61,533 nt of DNA from a virus. Taxonomy: Duplodnaviria > Caudoviricetes. The stretch is taken from the IMG/VR virus record IMGVR_UViG_3300020436_000012, positions 1-61,533 of that record. One strand, given 5' to 3'. The notes beneath the pieces were generated by a model that was given only the letters and a program-made list of their open reading frames with translations, ran no database searches and had not been told where the DNA came from. Positions 10,336 through 20,900 of this stretch are shown here, piece after piece; within the stretch, counting starts at the first letter, position 1, and every line of letters starts with the position of its first letter. The translations under genes were made by a program, and so were the position numbers.

Positions 10336-12323
10336 TGACTACCCGCACATATGATTTCATCTTGACAGTTACGCAACCAGATGTAATCGCTGTAGGAGAT
10401 ACCATTCTTAGTAATGTAACAGCAACTAGCGGAGAAGTGGTAGGTGTTGATGCTGCTAATGCTAACATCAAAGTTAAAGTAGCTAATGTAAATCAAGAAT
10501 TTGTAGTTGGAGAAAATGCAAGGTCAGTATTTAACCTAGTAGCTTCAAACGCTATTTCTGTTGCTTACAGTAATAGTTCTTCAACCACTGTAAATGGTAA
10601 TGCTTTTATAATTAATGGAGCAACAAATACTTTTTCTTTGCCTTCTGAAGCCTTATCTTTGAGCAATGTTACTTTAGATAATTTTGATGTATTTATAAAT
10701 AATAGAATTATACCTAAACAAAACATTAATTTTCCTAGTGCAACTTTAGGAGATACAGGGTTTGATATTAATCCTATCTCTCCAGTAACTTCTGGAACTA
10801 CTTTTACAAAAAAAGGGTTAAGAGAGTCTCTCACTAATAACCCACAAAGAGTTGCGACTCTTTTAAGTGATTTAATACTGCCGACTATTGACGCTTCAAT
10901 AGTAGCAGACGAAACTACCGAATTTGAGTATGAAATTAATTATGATAATTGGATTTCTGCTAACGCTTTTGCTGTGGATGTTAGAGTAGACACTGGAAAT
11001 AATGAAACTATCCCTTTTACTGCTGCTGCTTTTAGTGAGCAGAAAAATGGTGCTAATTTTGCCATTACCAATATAATAAACTCTAACTATATTAGAGAAA
11101 GAAATGCTTTCGTTCAAAATCCTGTTGTTAGATTATATAGTATATATTACCCAGGTGAGTGGTACAAGCCCAATGAAGTAGGCAACCCAACAAATGATGG
11201 AGAGGGTAGAAGATGGCCTGACGGATTCCCTCTTAGGTTTGCAGAAGTTAGAGGAGACTTAAATGCTGATGTAACTTATAATGTAGAATTTGGAGGAGTT
11301 AACTATACTCCTATGCCTATTAATAGTGGAGGTTTAGAAATAGACTCGTCAGGTAAAATCAATGAAATAAGTATTGACATATCTAACTTTGATGGTTTAA
11401 TTACTCAAATAGCTGAAAATCCAGATTTAGTAGGTAATAACACTTCTAACGCGTGTTTTGCTGTCGTTAATGGTGAGGTGGTGACGGGCATTGACCCAAG
11501 AACGATTCCAACCGGAGCAACTTATGCAGAATCAGAGCATGCAACAGTTTTAGCAGCACAAAGAACAAAAGGTTTAAATTTTAACCAATCAGTTAGAGAC
11601 TCTTATGGGGTAGATAATGCTTCATTCACTATATCTACTACAGCAGACGTAGGCGGGGAGTGGAAAAGAGAAAAAATGGATTCTCGTGACCTGTTAGGCG
11701 CGGTAGTAGAAATTAGATCTACTTTTGCTAACTTTTTAGATTACTGGCCAGAGTATGCTAGGGTAGATGCGGCTTTTGCAAACGTGATCGAAGTTAGTAC
11801 TGCATTACCTTATAGAGTTGGGGACAACGTAAAAAGTAGAAGTAACAGTTTTATAGCAACTATAGATGCAATAGAAGAAAATAGGTTCATATTTACAAAT
11901 GCTGCATTAGAAATAACAGTAGGAGACCCGTTATTAATTGAAAATATTGATAGTGATGATGAGGCATATATAGAAGATGTATTTAAGATTGACTCTTTGT
12001 CTGGGTTAGACGAAAAAGTTGCCACTTTTTCTTTAACAAGTTGGTTACAATTCTTTAAACTTAGGGTTCCAAAAAGAAAGTATTATAAAAATACTTGTCA
12101 GTGGATTTATAAAGGAGAAGAGTGTCAGTATCCTGGCCCTGCAGGAGGCACCATCCCTGGGACTAGTTTAAGCGCAAACTCAAACCCGATTGCTGCGAAT
12201 AACCAAATCGCAGGAAGTGTTCAAGGAGATGAGTGTGGTAAAAGTTTTGAATCTTGTCAGATTAGAAATAACACTATTCATTTTGGAGGCTTTCCCGGCA
12301 CTGGTAGAACTATTCCTAAGTAA
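10335..12323 (+). CDS. Minor tail protein L-like (hub, Fe-S Cys motif), enlarged
   Basis: C-terminal CQWIYKGEECQY...DECGKSFESCQIR...HFGGFPG is the lambda gpL four-Cys motif. Confidence 0.85.
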   Translation: MTTRTYDFILTVTQPDVIAVGDTILSNVTATSGEVVGVDAANANIKVKVANVNQEFVVGENARSVFNLVASNAISVAYSNSSSTTVNGNAFIINGATNTFSLPSEALSLSNVTLDNFDVFINNRIIPKQNINFPSATLGDTGFDINPISPVTSGTTFTKKGLRESLTNNPQRVATLLSDLILPTIDASIVADETTEFEYEINYDNWISANAFAVDVRVDTGNNETIPFTAAAFSEQKNGANFAITNIINSNYIRERNAFVQNPVVRLYSIYYPGEWYKPNEVGNPTNDGEGRRWPDGFPLRFAEVRGDLNADVTYNVEFGGVNYTPMPINSGGLEIDSSGKINEISIDISNFDGLITQIAENPDLVGNNTSNACFAVVNGEVVTGIDPRTIPTGATYAESEHATVLAAQRTKGLNFNQSVRDSYGVDNASFTISTTADVGGEWKREKMDSRDLLGAVVEIRSTFANFLDYWPEYARVDAAFANVIEVSTALPYRVGDNVKSRSNSFIATIDAIEENRFIFTNAALEITVGDPLLIENIDSDDEAYIEDVFKIDSLSGLDEKVATFSLTSWLQFFKLRVPKRKYYKNTCQWIYKGEECQYPGPAGGTIPGTSLSANSNPIAANNQIAGSVQGDECGKSFESCQIRNNTIHFGGFPGTGRTIPK

Positions 12324-12742
12324 TGACAGATTATATAAAATATTTAGGTATAAAACACAATTATCAAAGTATAAATTGTATTACCTTAATTGAAAAAATT
12401 TATAAAGAAGAATTAAAATCTGATGTTTTTAAAAGCTTATGGGCACATTTAAACTTATCAGAAGGTAAACCCATAGAGGGTAGTAGGTGGAAGTTTAAAA
12501 TAACTTTAGAAAAAATACAAGAGTGGATTGTGGTAAACGCACAAGAGATTAAAATAACAGATATTCAAGAATATGATGTAATAATATTTAAATCTAAAAA
12601 AAATAGACCAATTCATTTTGGAATGTATATAGGAGAAAATAAATTTATTCACGTTGAAGAGGACTCTTCATCTATGATTTCGTCCTTAAACCAAACATGG
12701 AGAGAACAACTGCACAGTATATATAGACGTAAAGAGGGGTAA
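12323..12742 (+). CDS. NlpC/P60 family peptidase (gpK C-domain-like), copy 1
   Basis: NCITL Cys, DVIIF, IHFGMYIG His, FIH. Confidence 0.75.
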   Translation: MTDYIKYLGIKHNYQSINCITLIEKIYKEELKSDVFKSLWAHLNLSEGKPIEGSRWKFKITLEKIQEWIVVNAQEIKITDIQEYDVIIFKSKKNRPIHFGMYIGENKFIHVEEDSSSMISSLNQTWREQLHSIYRRKEG

Positions 12743-12743
12743 A

Positions 12744-13196
12744 ATGTGGTATGAAAAATATAAAGGATTTCCTTATAAACATTTAGGGAATTGTCCAAAA
12801 ACAGGAATAGATTGTTTAAATTTAATTAGGTTAGTATATAGAGATGAAAAAAATATTACAATTCCTTATTCAACCCAAGATTTTTGTAACATTGTAGATC
12901 AAGATTGGTATAATAAAATAGACACTAATCCTTTTTTACAATTTAAAAACTCTAAGCTAGGATGGGAAGAAGTATCATTAGATAAAGTTTTACCTTTTGA
13001 TGTAGCAATAATGAGTATTGGCTCTACAAATAAAATAAATCATTGCGCTTTATTAGTAGAAAAAAATAAACTTTTACAAACAATGATAAATAGAATTTCT
13101 TGGATATCTCCTTATGGAAATTACTATAAACAATACACTTTAGGACTTTTTAGGTGGAAAGGATTATCAGATGACTTTGTTTTCAACATTAATTGA
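12744..13196 (+). CDS. NlpC/P60 family peptidase, copy 2
   Basis: YKGFPY...GIDCLNL Cys, NHCAL His, third position Q. Confidence 0.8.
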   Translation: MWYEKYKGFPYKHLGNCPKTGIDCLNLIRLVYRDEKNITIPYSTQDFCNIVDQDWYNKIDTNPFLQFKNSKLGWEEVSLDKVLPFDVAIMSIGSTNKINHCALLVEKNKLLQTMINRISWISPYGNYYKQYTLGLFRWKGLSDDFVFNIN

Positions 13197-13539
13197 CGCC
13201 ATGGGAAAGCACGCACAAGCTGAGTACCCTAAAGAGTGTTGCGGCATTATTACAAAAGATTTTAAATATGTACCTGCTAAAAACATAAGTCCTTTGCCTA
13301 AAGAAACTTTTATTCTTGACCCAGAAATATTATGGGAATATGAAGACAACTGCTGGGGCATATTTCATTCCCATCCAGGAGAAGAAAACCCTATACCTAG
13401 TGAAGAGGACAAACAAGGAGCAGTATTTGAAGAATTTAAATTTATTGTAGGATTTAATAATAAATTTTATATCTATTGGTTTGAAAAAAAGATAGACGCA
13501 ATTAAATTTGACGAATTTAAGGAAGATTATTTAAAGTGA
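13171..13539 (+). CDS. JAB/MPN metallo-isopeptidase (gpK N-domain-like), stand-alone
   Basis: YPKECCGII and FHSHP...PSEED JAMM motif. Confidence 0.88.
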   Translation: MTLFSTLIDAMGKHAQAEYPKECCGIITKDFKYVPAKNISPLPKETFILDPEILWEYEDNCWGIFHSHPGEENPIPSEEDKQGAVFEEFKFIVGFNNKFYIYWFEKKIDAIKFDEFKEDYLK

Positions 13540-14207
13540 AAATTACGCTAGAATTTCATCGTTCTTTGTTGAAATACACTGATGGAGTAAAAACCCACAC
13601 AATAACTTGTGATGATTTTTCCTCTTTAGTTTCTGGTATTTCACATTTATTTCCAAATCTTGGAAACTATATTAAAAGAGTACGATCAGCAGAACTTTTA
13701 GAAAATTTATGTTTATTAGATAAAAATAAAAAGTTGATTAGATCTGAAGTATATGAATTTAATACTTTTAAAGAAAATCATTCAACATTGTTTATAGTTC
13801 CCATGATGGCAGGAGCTGGAGGTAAAAAAGGATCATTTTTACAAATTGCTATCGGCGTTGCACTAATTGCTGCTTCTTTTGCTTTTCCGCAATTAGCTGC
13901 CTTTGAACTTATGGGGACAACTCTTGGAAAAATGATGTTATCGACAGGTATAAACATGGTGTTAGGAGGAATAATGGGTCTGATGACAGAAACTCCTAAA
14001 CCTCCAGAAAAACAAATATCAGATAACCAAGAAAGAATAGACAATAATATGTTTTCTGGTCTTCAGAATACTACCTCAAGTCAAAACAATGTGCCTGTTA
14101 ATTATGGGGCACCTAGAGTATCTGGACAATTAGTGAGCGGATTTGTAAAAAGCTTAAACCACGGAAAGGGTGATCTTATAAAAGTATCTGAGAGCTTTGG
14201 GGCATGA
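13536..14207 (+). CDS. Tail assembly protein I-like (Ubl N-domain), copy 1
   Basis: IVPMMAGAGG followed by hydrophobic helices and FSGLQNT...VPVNYG, the gpI pattern. Confidence 0.8.
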   Translation: MKITLEFHRSLLKYTDGVKTHTITCDDFSSLVSGISHLFPNLGNYIKRVRSAELLENLCLLDKNKKLIRSEVYEFNTFKENHSTLFIVPMMAGAGGKKGSFLQIAIGVALIAASFAFPQLAAFELMGTTLGKMMLSTGINMVLGGIMGLMTETPKPPEKQISDNQERIDNNMFSGLQNTTSSQNNVPVNYGAPRVSGQLVSGFVKSLNHGKGDLIKVSESFGA

Positions 14208-14914
14208 TTACTTTAGTTATACATTCTAATCTAAAACCATATTTTAAAGATAAAAGAGAGTTATATATCAGTTGTAATGACTATCATTCTTTATTAAGTT
14301 TTATGATAAACTCTTTTCCAGAGTTTAACACGTTATTAAAAAAACTAAAAACTAATTTTAACAGAGACTTCTTTATTTTGGACAAAAATAAAAAAAGAGT
14401 TAACTTAGCAGACGTACAAGCTAATAAGAAATTAGAAAAAGATGCTGTTTACTATTTAGTGCCTTCTTTAATCGGTGCTGGAGGAAAAGGTGGTTTTATG
14501 CAGATAGCTCTTGGTGTCGCTATTATGGCACTGGCTTTTTACATGGCCCCCGCTGTGGTAGGAGCGATGGGGCCTACAATGGGAATGGGTACAACAGCTT
14601 TTACGGTAGGAACAATGGCGGTTACTTATACTAATATAGCAATGTTTGGAGCTTCAATGGCTTTACAAGGAATAATGAGTATAGTACAGAAACCCCCAAA
14701 TAGAGCACAACCAGGCGGTTCTACTTTTAATGACGATGGATCAAAAACTCAAAATAGTTTGTTTACTGGTTTAAATAATACTATCGAAGTAGGGTTTCCT
14801 GTTGGGATGAATTATGGAGCGACTAGAATTGGGGGGCAAATGATAAGTGGATTTGTAAAAAGTTTGAATCATGGTAAAAATGATATAATCAAAGTTTCGG
14901 AGAGTTTTGCATAA
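14204..14914 (+). CDS. Tail assembly protein I-like (Ubl N-domain), copy 2
   Basis: LVPSLIGAGG, FTGLNNT...PVGMNYG; C-terminus nearly identical to copy 1. Confidence 0.8.
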   Translation: MITLVIHSNLKPYFKDKRELYISCNDYHSLLSFMINSFPEFNTLLKKLKTNFNRDFFILDKNKKRVNLADVQANKKLEKDAVYYLVPSLIGAGGKGGFMQIALGVAIMALAFYMAPAVVGAMGPTMGMGTTAFTVGTMAVTYTNIAMFGASMALQGIMSIVQKPPNRAQPGGSTFNDDGSKTQNSLFTGLNNTIEVGFPVGMNYGATRIGGQMISGFVKSLNHGKNDIIKVSESFA

Positions 14915-17900
14915 TGAGTGTATATAAAAAATATACCAATGTTAGTGGAGGGTCTGTCCCTATCATATCTGGAAGCAAAGGAGGCTGTTTTCCAGCAGGA
15001 TCTTTAGTGTCTACTCCCCGTGGAGAAATACCTATTGAAGACATAAAACTTAATGATAAAGTATATTGTTTTGATGATAACGATAAGCGTTGGGTATCTT
15101 TTGTAGAAAAGACTTGGGAGCATGTTCCTTCTGAAACAGTAGGTTATATATTAACTATTACTCACGAAAAAGGTAAATTGCGGGTTACAGATAATCATTA
15201 TTTGTATGATGAAAACAATGAATATAAAGAAGCTAAAGACTGGAAAGTTGGAGAATATTTAACTTCAGAGGACAACGATTTTAGTAAGATTTTATCAATT
15301 AAGAGTGAAGATTATTTAAACGAGACAGTATATAATTTAACAGTTAATACTTATCACAACTACATTTGTCAAGGAATTCGCCTGTCTAATAAAGGCGGAG
15401 GAGGAAAAGGAGGGGGCGGAGCGCGTGCGGCTGCAACAGAATCTCCAAATACTTTATTTTCTACCGACATTTTGTTTTTAACTGTTGCGTTGGGTGAAGG
15501 CCCTATTTATAGAATTAATCCTAATGGTCCCCAAGATATTGAGATTAACGAAGGAGCTATTGATGACTTAATTAATATTGATGGAGACGGAGAAGAGAAC
15601 AACGAAGTATTTAAAACTTTAACAACTACAGGAACTCTAACTCAAGAGCCTTTAGCTGTGTTTGGTGCTGAGACTATCACTCCTCAAAATTTAAATAACC
15701 CTGTAAGTTTAAAAAATGGTAATGTGGAAGGTATTCCAAAAGCGTCAGTTACTTTACAAAATACTAGCGCAAAAGATTGGGACAAGATAAGATTTAACTT
15801 TGTTATTCAAGGACTTCAAAAATCTGATGGAAATGGTAACGTTACAGGTTCTAGTGTTTCTATTACTATTCAAGTTTTTGATCGAACAGGTACGACTTTA
15901 ATCGCTGAATTAGGAGAAGATAGTAGAACAATTAGCGGAAAAACTAACACGAGATTTAAATTTCAAAGAGATATTTTAATTCCAGAAGCTTCTAGATCGC
16001 TTGATGGATATAAATTTACGATTGAGAAAACTTCTTCTGATAGTGATTCTAATAGAACGCAAGACAACGTTCAGTTTATTGGATGGGATGAGATAGAGTT
16101 TGATGATATGGCATATCCTAGAACTTCTTTAATTGGTTATGCTATCAAATCTTTTAATGAGCATGAAGGTAGAGTTCCTACATTTACCTCTTTAATAAAA
16201 GGGCTTTTAGTAAAAGTTCCCTCTAATTATAATCAACCTATTTTATCTAATGGAGAAATAGATTGGAGAGAATTAGAAATTCCCGAAACAGGCACTTCGA
16301 CTATTGGTGGAGAATCAACACAAATTGGATATACGCAAAAAGGATATCAATTACAAACTACAGTAGAAGGTGTAGCTGAAAAGAAAATTAGTCTCATTAG
16401 TGGTAGCGCAGGCACTGGCTATGCCTCAGATGCTACTCCTTCTGTTACTATTTCAGGAGGAGGAGGTAGTGGCGGTGCTGCTACTGCAAATATAGGAACT
16501 AACAAAGTCTCTAGTTTTACTTTAACAAATGCGGGTAGTGGGTATACCTCTGCTCCTACGGTAACAGTTGCAGCCCCAGCGGCGGTAACCTTTAATGGAG
16601 CTTCCGCAGTTAATGATAGCTCTGATACTATAACAATTACAGGACATCCTTTTGCTACAGGAGATCAAGCAACTTACAGCGCTGGTGGAGGTACTGCTAT
16701 TTCTGGAACAGGTGTTAGTACTGCGTCTGGAGGGGTGTTCATCATTAGTGTTGATGCTAATACGGTAAAACTAGCAACCAGTTCGGTAAACTCACTCTCA
16801 GGAACTGCTATTGATATAACATCAGGATCTGGGTCTAGCCACACACTAACTGGCATGACAGCTACCGCTACGGCTACACTAACTACAGAACAATTTAATG
16901 CAAACCCGATAATTTATCAAGGTGTTTGGGACGGCACTTTTGTATACTCTTGGACTCAAAACCCGATTTGGATTGTTTATGATATTTTAACAAACCGAAC
17001 TTATGGTCTAGGAATAGATGAAGAAAATATAGATAAGTTTATGTTTTATAAAGTTGCACAATATTGTGATGCCTGTGATTTTACTACAGGCGCTTTTATT
17101 GGGGTGTCTGGTTTTGCAGACGGAACTTTTAGACATAAACCTAGAGGATTATTTACTACTGTTAGAGAAATACTTGTAGGACTAGATAGAGGTGTTCAAG
17201 TAAAAGAACGTAGATTTATGAATGATATTAGTATACAAGAAGATGTTCAAGTGATGGATACTATTAATAAACTCACTTCAACATTTAGAGGACTATTATA
17301 CTACGCAGGAGGTAAAATTACATTAAATATTGATATACCAGAAGATACTCCTGTTGCTGTTTTTAATGACGCTAATATTAGAAAAGACACTTTAAAATTC
17401 TCAGGCACTAAAGAAAGTGATATTATAACAGGAGTAGACGTATCTTATATTGAACCTGCGAATCACTTTAAAAGAGAAGTGGTAAGAATTGATGATCAGG
17501 AAGCTTTAAGAGATAGAAATCAGATAGAAAATATTCAAACAGTTGATTTAGCTGGGGTCACTCGTAGAAGTCAGGCATCTAGATATGGACAATATTTAAT
17601 TGCTTCTTCTAAATATTTAAGAAGACAAGTAGAGTTTCAGTGTGGGGTAGATGCCCTTAATCTAGTCGTCGGAGACATTATAACTGTCGCTACTAAGCAA
17701 GGGGGAATTGCTTATGGATTCGGAGGAAAAGTAGCTGCAGATTCTCAAATAACAGGTGGTGGTGTAGCAAATGCTAATATTCTTTTAGAACATTTTACTA
17801 GCCCTGCTATTACTGCTAGCACTTTTACTGGTAATACTAATCCTCTCGCAGTGAGAATAATTGGTATGGAATCTGATAGAATTGACTACTATTTAGTAGA

Positions 17901-20900
17901 TAACGTTTCTTTTACTGCGAACGCTACAGGTAATGCAGACTCAGGCATAGACTTAATAGAGATTGAAACTATAGCAAGATATAACTATAGTACAAAAGCT
18001 TTTGTGAACGGGAGAGACTTTTTAGCTAATAATGTTCCTAAAAAAGGAGACCTTTGGACTTTTGGAGAAACTGGAGGTGACCCAGATAATTTTTATACCG
18101 CTCAGAATGATCGGCTTTTTAAAATTACCACTATATCAAGAGGAACAGAAGAAGACGTGACTATAACGGGAATTGAGTATATTTCTAACGTATATGTTGA
18201 CTCTGATTCTCTAATTGCTTATGTGCCTGTTAGATATGATGACACCGTGTCTAGTTTGACCCCTCCTCCTTCTCCAGAACTTAATTTATCTTCTAGGCCT
18301 AGAGAGTTAGGGGATGGTTCTGTTACAAACGACTTGTTAGTTGATGTATTTACTGATCAAACAGGGTACCCTCTTTTTGTAGAGACTGATTTATCAATCG
18401 CTAGACCTGATTTTAATTTTACTCCATACTTAACTTCCAATGCAAATACAGGAGCAACAACCTTTACTGCATCTAATGTTTCTCCCTTAGCTAATGGGGA
18501 AGTATCTATCTTGTCAGGTAAAAACGGTTTTAAAACAAACACAGGAGAAATAAAACTACTAGTGGACGCAGTGACAAATCCTGATGTAACAGATACTTCC
18601 AATGGAAATGTGCAATTTAGTATTAAATCTTTAAATCTAGCTTTTGATATTAATCAAATGAAACACGTTTTAGAAGTTAATGATGGTGGTGGAGCTGTCG
18701 CTAACGTTTTAAAAGGTTTCGATAGAGTTTCTTTTGACTTAAACCAAAAACTTACTACAGGAACAGGATTATTAGGTTTTGTTGATCATGGCACTAGACT
18801 CACCCAATATAGTGCTAATATTGTTGCTCATTCGACAACAATGGATGCAGGAACAATAAAAATACAAAATGAACACTCTGGAGAATCAACGCTACTTGAT
18901 CAACTTCCTACTCCTCCGTTTTTTGTTTCTATTAATCAACTGGTAGATACTAGGTTTATGGATAATAGGTCTTTATATATTTCTGGTAGTAGTTTTACTG
19001 AAATACACAGTAATGTCCTTACAGGAAATTTAACATCTAGTTCAAGCTTTATACAACCTTTAGTAAGAGGTGCTCCTTTTAAAGAAGCAGTGAGAGTGTT
19101 CATAGATGGAATAGAAAAAACTACAGGAGACTGGAATTTTACTAGCTCGGCCAACGATTCAATAACTGTTCCCGGACTAAGCACCGAAGCTACAATTAGA
19201 GTAGAGGCAGAGCATTATACTGTTCCTGCAGTCGAGCCAGGGGATAATTTACAGTTTCATTCTGGAAATGTTTATTCTATAGTTAACGCGTCATATTCTA
19301 CAGACAGCGCCGATTTTAACGCATCGTTAACAGCTAATAGTATGTATAGGGTAACTTTAGGTTCTAAATTACGTTCTAACACAAGAGGAACTGTAGCTGT
19401 TAATATTAGTCCTGATCCTATAGGAACAACTAATAATGTTGTTGGTAGAAGTTTTACTTTTGATTATAACAAAACACTATTCCCAGGTACGTTCTCCCTA
19501 TCTAATAATGCTATTTATTCTGTGTTAACTCCAACAACTTTTGACGGATTTCAAATTCCTAACGATAGACTAGTAAGAGATATTGATCCCGGACTTTATG
19601 TATTAAGAGCGCAAAACGTTAACCAAGCAGGTAGAAGAAGTCCTATTGTGACCGAATCTATTTTAATTAATGAAATACCTATCCAAAGAGTAGAAAATTT
19701 ACTTATTACAGAGTCTTTATATATTGAACAGTCTGTTGGTGCTGTAACAAGAGTAACAGTAGAATTTGATCATCTTCAAAACCAAAGTGTTACTGACTAC
19801 GAACTCTCTTATAAGTTAGGAGGTACTGCCGCAGACCTAACCTCTTTTAATACAGTTAAGCTTCCCGCTACTGGGGTGGATACTGACGGTAAAATGAGAT
19901 TTACTATTAACAATGTTGATCGTGGACTAACCTCTAGTGTTAATAATATAACAGTGCGAGTTACTGCTTTAAATAAATCAATTAAAGGAGTAACCTTTGA
20001 AAAAAGCCAACCCATTTTAGGTAAACAAATACCTCCACAAAATATTCAAAACTTTAGTGTTTCTCAATTAGGAGAAAATATTCACTTATTCTGGGCGTAT
20101 GTTACTAATGCAGACGGCTCGTTGATTGACCCAGATTTAAGAGATATTGTTATTAAAAGAACACAAGGTATAGTGCAACCTGCTGATTTTGCTTCTGCTT
20201 TTGTTAATGCACCAGAGTTTATTGTAGTTAGTTCTGGGTCGACCAGGAAAGTGGCTGCTATTGACACGTTTGGAACATTTACTTATTTAGCTAAAACTCG
20301 TGATACTAGTGGTAACTTAAGCACAGATGTAGTTGGTGTAACTTTTACCTCAGTAAAATTAGCCGAGTTGTTCTTATTACAGTCTTATAGTGAAGATAAT
20401 CCAGGAGGTAACGTCATAACAGGAGTGCCTCTAACTAACCGTGCCGAATTTAACTTTCCAAGTTTGGCAAATTCAAATACGGCAGGTATTTCGATAGCTG
20501 CACAACCTACTTCGTTAGTTGATAATGCTAACGGTACTGCTGTAGGATTTTCTGTGATAAGTGGTAGTCCTACAGATATTTTAGCTACAGGAAGTCAATC
20601 AATATATCAAACACAAGTAAGAGATATAGGCGCTTTAACATCTGTTAGTTTAACTGCTAACATACAAGGCACAGCAACTACCTCTACAGACTGGAATACT
20701 CTACACCGAGATATAGCCACAGGAGTTACAGAAGTTAGTAGTGACAACACCATACTGAAAGATACAGGATTAGGCGGTTCTGAGGGAGTAGGCACAGTTC
20801 TTGGATTTGGTAACACTGTTGCAGCGATCCATACCGCTGACATCCCAAACCAGACCCTAGTGAGTGGTGGAGCCACCGGAAATGTTTTTGCGATTTGGAA

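Noticed and set aside
14986-15390. Canonical mobile intein with homing endonuclease
   Set aside because: Only 135 aa, no LAGLIDADG motifs, and +1 residue is Lys; treated as BIL-type instead
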